From contig DAIDJN010000016.1 of assembly GCA_027451365.1 (NCBI GenBank), positions 1 to 36,531 on the forward strand: a DNA stretch of 36,531 nt, written 5' to 3'. Numbering within the stretch: position 1 is the first letter of the stretch; each line of letters opens with the position of its first letter. The DNA is from Phycisphaerales bacterium (GTDB lineage Bacteria; Planctomycetota; Phycisphaerae; WQYP01). The position numbers and the translations under genes were made by a program. Below the pieces are notes generated by a model. That model worked only from the letters and a program-made list of their open reading frames with translations. It was not told the origin of the DNA and made no database searches. Shown piece by piece: positions 28,052-36,531 of this stretch.

Positions 28052-29509
28052 ATGACAACAGTAATGGGCCTTAAAACGATACCGATGAACACGATTCCTG
28101 ATTTGAAGGCAACCCCTGAAGCCGCCACACTGGAACAAGCCTACGGCGGGCGGCGCGTGCATTTTGTCGGCGTTGGAGGAACTGGAATCAGCGGTCTGGC
28201 CCACATGTTACATGGTGCCGGGGCCATGGTCACCGGAACAGACATAGAAGAATCCGACACCACCCGCAAACTCCAGGAAATCGGCGTCAAAATCAGCCAT
28301 GATCAAAGCAGTGAGGGCCTCCCGGCCAATACAGAAGTTGTCGTTTATTCCGCGGCAATCCGCGATAATCAGCCGGAACTGGTGGAAGCCCGCCGGCGCG
28401 GCCTTGAAATCCACAAATATGCCCACCTTTTGGGCAAAGTAATGGCGTGCAAACATGGTATTGCCATTGCCGGAACACATGGCAAATCGACCACCACAGC
28501 CATGACAGCCTGGATATTAAGCCAGGCGGGCACGGACCCTTCTTATGTGGTCGGAGCTAAAAGCAGGCAGCTTGGCGGATCATCGCGTGGCGGGCGAGGC
28601 GAATTCTTTGTCGTGGAAGCATGTGAATACGACCGGAGCTTTCTTAATCTGGCACCGCGTATTGCCGCCGTACTGAATATTGAAGAGGACCATCTGGATT
28701 ACTACCGGGACATAAATGAAATCACATCCGCATTTGCCGATTTTGTCTGCAAAATTCCAGCGGACGGTCTTCTAATTACACAATCCGGAACGGGGAATTG
28801 CCAGCGACCGGCGCTGGCCGCACGCGCGGCGGTGCAAACCTATGGAGTGGATGTTGAAGCCGACTGGACGGCAACGCAGGTTTCCATGGTCGGCGGTAAA
28901 GGCCATTTTCTGGTGCATTTCCGGAAAAAGCCGATGGGCTGGCTGGAGATTATTATTCCAGGGCGGCACAATGTGGGCAATGCGTTGGTGGCCGTGGCGA
29001 TTGCCCATCATTGCGGCATTCCCTGGGAAGCGATCCGTAAAGCCATTGGCGAATTTGCCGGAGTAGACCGGCGAAGCCAGCTTGTGGGCGAAAAAGGCGG
29101 CGTGACACTGGTAGACGATTACGGACACCATCCGTCCGAAATTCGCGCCACGCTGTTGGCTTTGCGCGGAAAATATTCACCCAAACGGCTGATCTGCGTG
29201 TTTCAACCACATCAGCACAGTCGCACGCGATCACTGCTCGACGATTTCGCCCGCAGTTTTACACACGCAGACCTGACCATTGTGCCAGACATTTACTTCG
29301 TGCGGGATACCGAAGATGACCGCCGAACCGTGAGTGCGGAACATCTTGTTCAGCGGCTGAAGGAAAACGGACGCGAGGCCATGTACCTGCCTTCGTTCGA
29401 AAAAATAGAGGACTATCTGGCGGCGGAGGCCCGACCCGGAGATCTGATTGTCTCGATGGGGGCCGGTCCTGTTTGGAAGATTACACATGAGTTGGCAAAA
29501 CGGATTTGA
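28052..29509 (+). CDS. murC: UDP-N-acetylmuramate--L-alanine ligase
   Basis: GVGGTGISGLA, GTHGKSTTT, EACEYD, DDYGHHPSEI and FQPHQHSRT motifs. Confidence 0.95.
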   Translation: MTTVMGLKTIPMNTIPDLKATPEAATLEQAYGGRRVHFVGVGGTGISGLAHMLHGAGAMVTGTDIEESDTTRKLQEIGVKISHDQSSEGLPANTEVVVYSAAIRDNQPELVEARRRGLEIHKYAHLLGKVMACKHGIAIAGTHGKSTTTAMTAWILSQAGTDPSYVVGAKSRQLGGSSRGGRGEFFVVEACEYDRSFLNLAPRIAAVLNIEEDHLDYYRDINEITSAFADFVCKIPADGLLITQSGTGNCQRPALAARAAVQTYGVDVEADWTATQVSMVGGKGHFLVHFRKKPMGWLEIIIPGRHNVGNALVAVAIAHHCGIPWEAIRKAIGEFAGVDRRSQLVGEKGGVTLVDDYGHHPSEIRATLLALRGKYSPKRLICVFQPHQHSRTRSLLDDFARSFTHADLTIVPDIYFVRDTEDDRRTVSAEHLVQRLKENGREAMYLPSFEKIEDYLAAEARPGDLIVSMGAGPVWKITHELAKRI

Positions 29510-30365
29510 ATCCATCATAAAAAAAGATGTTCCCCTGGGGCCGCTGACCTGGTTTGGGCTGGGCGGACCGGCGAAATATCTGATTGAACCACAGGATACA
29601 GACGAATTGTCCGAGGTGGTTCGCCGCCTGCATCAGGAACAGATTCCTGTTTATGTGCTGGGGAAAGGTGCGAACCTGCTGGTCAACGACCAGGGCGTGG
29701 ATGGCGCGGTGATTCGGCTGAATTCCCCGGCTTTTACTGCGGTGGATATCGCGGGGGCACAAGTCCGAGCTGGGGGCGGCGCGGATATGCACAAACTTCT
29801 CATTCAGTTGGCGAGGACCGGCTTGGGAGGGATGGAATGCCTGGCGGGAATTCCCGGCACGGTAGGCGGAGAGGTGCGGATGAATGCCGGTGGCGCATAT
29901 GGCGATATCGGTTCTTCCGTGCTGAATGTAACGGTCATGGATTCCACAGGAACCATTTACACGCGCCAGCGCGAAGACCTTTGTTTTGAATATAGAAAAA
30001 GCAATATCAATGCAAAATTTATCCTTGGCGCAACGTTTGAACTCGAACCGGGCAATCCGGAGAGGCTCGCCGCCCGCATGAAGGAAATATGGATGTACAA
30101 AAACAGCTCTCAACCGCTTAGCGCCAACAGCGCCGGCTGCATTTTCCGGAATTACAATGGAAAATCCGCGGGTGCGATCATTGATCAGGCCGGCCTGAAA
30201 GGCACACGTATTGGAAGTGCGCAGGTTTCAAGCCATCATGCTAATTTTATCGTGGCGGACAAGGGCGGCAGGGCCGCGGATGTGCTCAAACTGGTGGACC
30301 TGGTCAAGAAGGCCGTGCGGGAGAAAATGAACATTCAGTTGGAAACGGAAGTAGTGGTCTGGTAA
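29487..30365 (+). CDS. murB: UDP-N-acetylenolpyruvoylglucosamine reductase
   Basis: TWFGLGGPA, GKGANLL, GIPGTVGG..RMNAG, SAGCIFRN, HANFIV and LETEV motifs; ATG29487 overlaps the end of murC. Confidence 0.95.
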   Translation: MSWQNGFESIIKKDVPLGPLTWFGLGGPAKYLIEPQDTDELSEVVRRLHQEQIPVYVLGKGANLLVNDQGVDGAVIRLNSPAFTAVDIAGAQVRAGGGADMHKLLIQLARTGLGGMECLAGIPGTVGGEVRMNAGGAYGDIGSSVLNVTVMDSTGTIYTRQREDLCFEYRKSNINAKFILGATFELEPGNPERLAARMKEIWMYKNSSQPLSANSAGCIFRNYNGKSAGAIIDQAGLKGTRIGSAQVSSHHANFIVADKGGRAADVLKLVDLVKKAVREKMNIQLETEVVVW

Positions 30366-30465
30366 AGCGATTTGGTTGGGCTTGGCCGCATTAAGCCGTC
30401 GCGACTTAGGACAGGTCGCAAGACAAAATGTAAAAAAATCGATCGGTGAATTCCAGGGGACGGTC

Positions 30466-31404
30466 ATGGACGACAATACGCAACGGCTTAACATTACTCT
30501 TCTTTGTGGCGGCATTTCCGCCGAACGCGAAGTCTCCCTGAAAAGCGGCTTTGGGGTGGCCGCTGCGCTGAAGCGCCGGGGCCATCAGGTATTCACAGCG
30601 GATATCGGCCCGGCAAATTTGGCCGCACTGGACCATAAGCCATGCGATCTGGTGTTTCCGGTATTGCATGGTGAATTCGGTGAGGATGGCGACCTTCAGG
30701 AAATTCTGGAGCAGCGCAACATTCCGTTCGTCGGATCGGGTTCGGCCGCCAGCCGTCTGGCCATGGACAAACAAGCGGCCAAAGCCATGCTGCAACAGGC
30801 GGGCATTCCCACGCCGGCATGGCAGGTGGTAAAGGGTGCCGATTTACGCAAGGGCTGGAATCCATCGGCAACAATATTCCCGTGCGTGATCAAGCCCGCC
30901 TCGGAAGGAAGTTCGGTGGCGTGCCGGATATGCAAGAACCCAGCCGAAGCAGAGGCGCATTTACGCCAAACGCTAGACCATTATTCAGCCATGCTGGTGG
31001 AGAAATATATCCAGGGACCGGAATTGACCATTGGCATTCTGGATGGCATGCCGTTGCCAATTATTGAAATCCGCCCGAAAACAGCATTCTACGATTACGA
31101 AGCCAAATATCTTCGGAATGATACGGAATACAATTTCAAGATTAACCTTCCGCCGGCCACGCTGGAACAGGCCGCAGCGGCAGCGGTGGATACATATCAG
31201 CGGATCGGGGCGCGGCATTTGTCACGGGTAGACGTCATGGTGGATGGGTCAACAGGCCGACCGTATGTTCTGGAAATCAATACCCTGCCGGGCTTTACGG
31301 ACCATTCCCTGCTTCCCAAGGCAGCGGCCGAGGCGGGCATAGATTTTGACACTCTGTGCCACCGGCTGGCGCAAATGGCGGTTCGTGATACCATATCAGT
31401 CTGA
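30466..31404 (+). CDS. ddl: D-alanine--D-alanine ligase
   Basis: GGISAEREVSL, LHGEFGEDG, KPASEGSS, FYDYEAKY and LEINTLPGFT motifs. Confidence 0.95.
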   Translation: MDDNTQRLNITLLCGGISAEREVSLKSGFGVAAALKRRGHQVFTADIGPANLAALDHKPCDLVFPVLHGEFGEDGDLQEILEQRNIPFVGSGSAASRLAMDKQAAKAMLQQAGIPTPAWQVVKGADLRKGWNPSATIFPCVIKPASEGSSVACRICKNPAEAEAHLRQTLDHYSAMLVEKYIQGPELTIGILDGMPLPIIEIRPKTAFYDYEAKYLRNDTEYNFKINLPPATLEQAAAAAVDTYQRIGARHLSRVDVMVDGSTGRPYVLEINTLPGFTDHSLLPKAAAEAGIDFDTLCHRLAQMAVRDTISV

Positions 31405-31468
31405 TGACAATGTTCGCCTGACCATTGCCGTGTCAAGGCGGGCATGACTGGACCAGCAAAAGTAGAGC

Positions 31469-32455
31469 ATGGCAGACAGCGGATTTCAACGACTTTCCAA
31501 AACGCCCTGGCAGCAACCGTGGGTTCGCGGTGTGCTGACAGCCTGTATTGCATTGGCGATATTGGCTCTAGTGGTGGAAGGTTTCGCGCGGTTGGATCGC
31601 TACGCGGGTGATTTGCTGCAAAAGCAGAACAACCTTCCGCTTCGGCGTCTGATCCTGATTCGCACTCCGCCGTGGCTGTCGCGCCCAATCCTTGATGATC
31701 TGGCCGGAGAAGCAGTTGGTTACGCATGCAATAACAAGCGACATCCGGAATATGCCGCGGCTCTGCGGAACCCCCTTGATGGACGGATATTGCGGGCGAT
31801 CGCCCGGCACTTTATGACCCACCAGGCTGAAGGAATGAATGCCTGGATAAAGCGCGTCATCATGATTCGGCGCGTCTGGCTGGCCCATGAACAGGTGATT
31901 GAAGTGTACGCCCGCTACCGGCGACCGGCCGGCCTGGTGGAAATGGCAAATCATTATTACCTGATTTCCGCCCACGCCACGCGACTTCCGGGCGTCTATC
32001 TTCCGACAGATGTTTCCGCCCTAAGCTGGCTGATTCAGATACGTGGTATCAGCGGTGCCTTGCCGCCTCCCGGGAAAAAATTTACCGCGCCCGGTATTCG
32101 CACCGGATTAACGCTGATAAAATTGCTGACTCCAGAACCGTTCGCCCGCCAGATAACCGCAGTCAACGTCCGAAATCTTGATACCCTGCAAACAGATTCC
32201 AGCAAGCCCACGGCACCGCAAATTATTCTAATCACCCGATGGAATACAAAGGTTTTGTGGGGCCTTCCGCCCGGCAAGGAAGGCTTTTATGAGGTTCCAG
32301 CCAGCCGGAAGCTTAAATCGATGATGGAAATTTACAGACATTACGGCCGCGTGGATGCCGGCAAGCCGTATGTGGACATTCGTTCGGATCAGGTTTTGGT
32401 ACCGCGACCGCCAAAACCAGCGGCAACGCAGCCGGAAAACCTTCCGGCAAATTGA
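31469..32455 (+). CDS. Divergent FtsQ/DivIB-like membrane protein
   Basis: Follows ddl in the usual ftsQ position; short cytoplasmic N-terminus plus one TM; WIKRV..RRVW...IEV...YRRPAGLV....YLI and C-terminal YVDIRS resemble FtsQ motifs. Confidence 0.6.
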   Translation: MADSGFQRLSKTPWQQPWVRGVLTACIALAILALVVEGFARLDRYAGDLLQKQNNLPLRRLILIRTPPWLSRPILDDLAGEAVGYACNNKRHPEYAAALRNPLDGRILRAIARHFMTHQAEGMNAWIKRVIMIRRVWLAHEQVIEVYARYRRPAGLVEMANHYYLISAHATRLPGVYLPTDVSALSWLIQIRGISGALPPPGKKFTAPGIRTGLTLIKLLTPEPFARQITAVNVRNLDTLQTDSSKPTAPQIILITRWNTKVLWGLPPGKEGFYEVPASRKLKSMMEIYRHYGRVDAGKPYVDIRSDQVLVPRPPKPAATQPENLPAN

Positions 32456-32636
32456 GGCATTCGTGCTGGTGGCGGCCGTGGTATTCAAGGCCCGATGTGC
32501 CTGAAGCGCGGTGACCGAGTATAATGCGGGTGTAGTCTGATGCTGCAAGTTCAGCACTACCAAGCATGGTTAACGGCGATTTTTAGGATCGATAAGGGAA
32601 GCCCGCAGCGCGGGAAATTTACATTGGCTTGCGAAC

Positions 32637-33047
32637 ATGAGTAAAATTTTACTGGCAGTTTCCGACCAATGGACAGTCGACCGGCGAATTGACGCGCTGG
32701 GGCGCTGGGCCAACCGGCTGGACGCCCCTATCCTGGCGGCGCATGTGGTGGTGGGACTTTCGGAAACCTCCCATCCGGAAACCCCCGGTGAAAGAACCTT
32801 GAAACTGATCTGCGAACAGTTGAAAAAAACCACCCCGCGGGTGGAAAGCCTGCTACTGTTTTCCAATGATCTGGTAAATGCCCTTTTGAAAACCGCGCAA
32901 GAGCATCAGGTGACGATGATTGTTCTGGGCCTTTCTCGACAGGGGATGCTGGAGCGGCTGATTGAAGGCAACGTTCCACGGTCAATTCTCAATACCAGTC
33001 ACCTGCCCGTTCTGGCGCTTCCGCCGGAATGGGATGGAACCATCTGA
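32637..33047 (+). CDS. Universal stress protein (Usp) domain protein
   Basis: MSKILLAV..., AHV, MIVLG...G.LERLIEGNV...IL....LPVL. Confidence 0.8.
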   Translation: MSKILLAVSDQWTVDRRIDALGRWANRLDAPILAAHVVVGLSETSHPETPGERTLKLICEQLKKTTPRVESLLLFSNDLVNALLKTAQEHQVTMIVLGLSRQGMLERLIEGNVPRSILNTSHLPVLALPPEWDGTI

Positions 33048-33368
33048 CCCGACAATCTGATCCGGCGGTTTAAACTGCAATCGAACAGGTAAAACCTCGG
33101 CGGCTTGGCGGCGCGCCGGCATTCGTATGAATTTCGATCGGTTTATTCAATTGTTCCGGCGTTGGATTCGGAGGGGTTCCGCCGTTTTCCTGGTGAGCCG
33201 GACTTGGCTTGGGAATAGGAATTTGTTATCAGACCGGTTATCGCCTGCGGCGCGGGCATGTTACCCAACGACCGGGATGGCATGCCCTGTGGAAGGCCCG
33301 TCCCGCGGTTTGAAGCCCCACGCTGTCTCCCCGTTTGGCCTCGGTGGCAATTTATTGCGGCATCATGG

Positions 33369-33863
33369 TTATCGCCTGGTTCTGGACGGCCTGGATAATA
33401 GACCCGCCAGGACCCAGGCGATCGCAATGGCATCGGCCACATCCGGTGGGGATGGCGGCTTGGCCAGACCGCATAATGCGGCAACGGCCCGCTGAATCTG
33501 TCCCTTGCCGGCATGACCGTGGCCAGTAATTGTTTTCTTTACGAGCGTGCTGGGAAGATTGGTCATGGACAGCCGCTTTCGTTGCGCGGCCAGAAGGATC
33601 ACACCGCGCGCATGGCCCATCAGAATAGCGGTGCGAGGATGTTTGTAATGGGCAAAAAGCTGCTCGACGCCTACATGTTCGGCGGCCAAGTCAACGATCA
33701 ATTCGCTTACCTGCGTGTAGAGTTCATCAAGCCGCTGGGATAAGGATGATTTTGGGTTCAAGCGGACCACGCCTGCCTCCAACAATTGCCGGCGCGTTCC
33801 ATGAAACTCCACCAGCGCATAACCGGTCAGGTGCAGCCCCGGATCAATTCCCAATACACGCAA
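33369..33863 (-). CDS. ruvC: Crossover junction endodeoxyribonuclease RuvC
   Basis: VLGIDPGL, VEQLF, GHARGV, VKKTITGHGHAGKGQ and DVADAIAIA motifs; TTG start. Confidence 0.95.
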   Translation of the reverse strand: MRVLGIDPGLHLTGYALVEFHGTRRQLLEAGVVRLNPKSSLSQRLDELYTQVSELIVDLAAEHVGVEQLFAHYKHPRTAILMGHARGVILLAAQRKRLSMTNLPSTLVKKTITGHGHAGKGQIQRAVAALCGLAKPPSPPDVADAIAIAWVLAGLLSRPSRTRR

Positions 33864-33897
33864 GAAAACTCCATCGCCATGCCGGCGGTCATGATTT

Positions 33898-34383
33898 TTA
33901 TTCGCAACTCAGAAGCACGACGCAATGGCAGGCGATGGCACGGTTTTCACCGACCGCATCGACATGCTCATTGGTTTTGCCTTTTATGTTCACACGATCG
34001 GAACCCAGGCCAAGCAGTTCGGCGAGCCGCTGTTTCATCGCGGTCTTGAATGGGGAAAGGCGGGGCGTCTGGGCGATGACCACCACATCAACATTTACAA
34101 TTTTCCAAGGCGTTTGAGACAGCTTTTCCAGTGCGGCGGCCAGCAGGCGAGCCGAGTCAATACCGGCGTATCGCGGATCGGTATTGGGGAACATTTCACC
34201 GACATCCGGCAGACCGGCAGCCCCGGTCAGAGCGTCAATCAGTGCATGAAGAACCACATCTGCATCGGAATGACCCGCCAGGCCCATAGAATGAGGAATT
34301 TTAATGTTGGCCAGCATCAGATCACGATCGGGAGCCGTGCGGTGCAGATCGTATCCGATTCCCACCCGAAGATTGTCACGCAT
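33898..34383 (-). CDS. ispF: 2-C-methyl-D-erythritol 2,4-cyclodiphosphate synthase
   Basis: RVGIGYDLH, GHSDADVVLHALIDAL.GAAGL.DVG..FP and VNIKGKTNE motifs. Confidence 0.96.
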   Translation of the reverse strand: MRDNLRVGIGYDLHRTAPDRDLMLANIKIPHSMGLAGHSDADVVLHALIDALTGAAGLPDVGEMFPNTDPRYAGIDSARLLAAALEKLSQTPWKIVNVDVVVIAQTPRLSPFKTAMKQRLAELLGLGSDRVNIKGKTNEHVDAVGENRAIACHCVVLLSCE

Positions 34384-34386
34384 ATA

Positions 34387-35835
34387 TCATCCGCCTTCAG
34401 TGCCCGCGACCGGTTCACCGGACCATCGCAAGCCATATTCTTTAATTTTTCGATACAATGTCCGCTCGCCAATGCCGAGCATTTTGGCCGCCTGTTCGCG
34501 ATTCCCCTGCACGGTTTCCAATGTTTTTTCAATCGCCTGGCGTTCGAGTTCCGCGAGGCTGATACCAACGAGACTGGTAATGGCCGTGTTTTTTGCAGAA
34601 GGGTGCAACGGAACCAGAGCCGTGGTGGCAACGGTTTCAACGCTGTAGCGGCCTGGGATTTCCACCGGCACATCATTGAGTTCCAGGCGAGGACCGGAGG
34701 CCAGCGCCACCATGTTTTCAATCACGTTTTCCAATTGTCGCACATTTCCCGGCCATGGATGCGCCATCAGGAGATTGCGAGCTTCCGGGGAAATTCCTTC
34801 TATCTTTTTTCCCATTTTTTCAGAAACCCGGCGGATAAAATGGCTGATCAGCGCGGGAATATCTTCTCGCCGCTGGCGCAGCGGCAGGAGGGGAATGGTG
34901 GCACCTTTGATCCGAAAATAAAGGTCTTCGCGGAATTCCCTTTTCACAACGGCTTCTTCGAGGTCTTTATTGGTCGCGGCCACAAACCGCACATCCACCT
35001 GAATCGGATCATTGGAACCGATGCGGGTAATTTGGCGGTCTTGAAGCACACGCAGGAGTTTGGCCTGCATGGTCAGGGGCATATCGCCAATTTCATCCAG
35101 AAAAAGGGTCCCCCCATCGGCATATTCAAAACGCCCCTGCCGGTCGGAACGCGCATCGGTAAATGCTCCGCGTACATGGCCAAAGAGTTCATCTTCCAAT
35201 GTGCTGTCATTCAGGCCGGCGCAGTTCAAAGCGACGAAACGTCCCGCGGCGCGGCGCGAATTCTGATGAATCGCGCGGGCAACGAGTTCCTTACCCGTTC
35301 CCGATTCGCCCAGAATCAGTACGTTGATATCCGTCGGCGCTATCTGGCGCACCAGTTGAAGTGTGCGGCGCATTGCCTCGGAATTGCCAATAATTCCTTC
35401 CATGCCGAATTTATGATCAAGTGCAAGTTTAAAGCTCTGATTCTGGCGTGTTAATTCAATTGCCTGGGCGGCCCGCCGAACCTGGGCGCGGATTAAATCC
35501 ATATCCAGCGGCTTTTCCAGAAAATCGTAAGCCCCAGCGCGCATGGCCCCCACCGCGGTGGCCACATCGCCATGCGCGGTGACCACAATGACCAGTGTTG
35601 CCGGACGGGATCGGCGGACGAAATCCAGCAGATCAAAACCGTCTTTGGGGCCATCCATGCGCAGGTCCGTGATGACCAAGTCGAAATCTTCGTCAATAAA
35701 ATACTTTCTTGCATCATTAAGATTATGCGCCTGCTTCACCGGATAACCCATGCGAGCCACGGTCTCGCTCATGGCGTCGGCATGGTCTATTTCGTCATCC
35801 ACTATCATGACTCGAATGGCCGGTTCTTTGCTCAT
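34387..35835 (-). CDS. Sigma-54-dependent response regulator (NtrC family: REC-AAA+-Fis HTH)
   Basis: REC (VDDE, TDLRM, KP), [35 protein letters not shown] and [21 protein letters not shown] motifs. Confidence 0.95.
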   Translation of the reverse strand: MSKEPAIRVMIVDDEIDHADAMSETVARMGYPVKQAHNLNDARKYFIDEDFDLVITDLRMDGPKDGFDLLDFVRRSRPATLVIVVTAHGDVATAVGAMRAGAYDFLEKPLDMDLIRAQVRRAAQAIELTRQNQSFKLALDHKFGMEGIIGNSEAMRRTLQLVRQIAPTDINVLILGESGTGKELVARAIHQNSRRAAGRFVALNCAGLNDSTLEDELFGHVRGAFTDARSDRQGRFEYADGGTLFLDEIGDMPLTMQAKLLRVLQDRQITRIGSNDPIQVDVRFVAATNKDLEEAVVKREFREDLYFRIKGATIPLLPLRQRREDIPALISHFIRRVSEKMGKKIEGISPEARNLLMAHPWPGNVRQLENVIENMVALASGPRLELNDVPVEIPGRYSVETVATTALVPLHPSAKNTAITSLVGISLAELERQAIEKTLETVQGNREQAAKMLGIGERTLYRKIKEYGLRWSGEPVAGTEGG

Positions 35836-36405
35836 GGCAGGTAAGATAACCCACACCATCGCCCGTTGCCAGCCGCAGGTTCAAACACGCGGTGAAGAGG
35901 TGGATTTTGGCGACGGAAAAACTGGAAATCCGCTGTGCAGGCGGTTCACGTGAAAGAGACCGGAACACCGAGTGGAATTTCACCACCGCGACCACGACGA
36001 TATTCCGCCCGGATAAGGAATTGGCGGACGCGGAGGGATTTCATCAGACCGCAGATTTCGTGAATGCCGCGGCACGGCAGCCGCCACGGTGGGAAATAAT
36101 TGAGCAGACAAGCAAGCGAAGCCGAGGAAAGCGGGCATTTTGTAGAGGTGGCATAGGCTTTCCCGCACGTTGCGGGACGCAAACAAAACCTTATGAAATG
36201 TGATGTCCCGAATTGATCCCGGCAGCCGGTTCGCGATTTCCATTCGCGCCCGAATAATTTCGGGAAAGTCGAAAAACAATGTCGGCTAACCAAACTGCCT
36301 GAAGGCCATTTTTTAGAATTCCTGACTTCTGGTCCATGTCATGATCAGGGCAATCGCATGTAGAATCAAGCGAGGAGGGTTTGGAGCAGGCAGGGCAAAA
36401 TCATA

Positions 36406-36435
36406 TAGACAAGTATTGATTTCACAATGTATAAT
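36406..36435 (+). promoter_or_regulatory. Candidate sigma-70 promoter for a gene beyond the right edge
   Basis: TAGACA-18 bp-TATAAT in an AT-rich intergenic stretch. Confidence 0.45.
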
Positions 36436-36531
36436 ATTCGCATATACGTAGTTTGCGCATTGCGCTGCGCTATGGTATACCGCTTGTATTGGTCGCGAGG
36501 CCTCGCGAGGGTTGTATTAGCTTTGTTCGTA

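Noticed and set aside
33925..35454. 509-aa plus-strand ORF
   Set aside because: Antisense shadow of the NtrC-family and ispF genes with no motifs of its own.
35892..36293. Short ORFs upstream of the sigma54 activator
   Set aside because: Mutually overlapping, with no RBS or family motifs; treated as intergenic.

Overview
36.5 kb of bacterial chromosome, most likely from a member of Planctomycetota (Phycisphaerae-like). This assignment is inferred from a DUF1559-type prepilin-like gene, PEP-CTERM genes, an ECF/FecR pair and a dcw cluster that ends without ftsA/ftsZ. Left to right: (1) a small general-stress cluster (DUF3309 microprotein missed by the ORF track, small membrane protein, lipoprotein, DUF892 ferritin-like protein), ppk2 and a TPR protein; (2) rpmI-rplT-pheS without infC or pheT; (3) a stand-alone PEP-CTERM gene, an aldo-keto reductase and an exported glutathione peroxidase; (4) a probable carbohydrate-responsive module: ECF sigma plus FecR/NPCBM anti-sigma, divergent from PEP-CTERM, prepilin-type H-X9-DG and Tat-exported GH2 genes, with no SusC/D; (5) a ~5 kb decayed island with IS66 and IS4 remnants, REP-like palindromes and two orphan RHS toxin/immunity cassettes whose junctions carry a recurring AAnGGG(G/T)GAC-like motif; (6) PSP1/RicT, EVE, ftsW-murG-murC-murB-ddl-ftsQ-like and usp; (7) a convergent sigma54 activator-ispF-ruvC operon. 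No rRNA, tRNA or CRISPR array was recognised. All family calls are by eye, from motifs.
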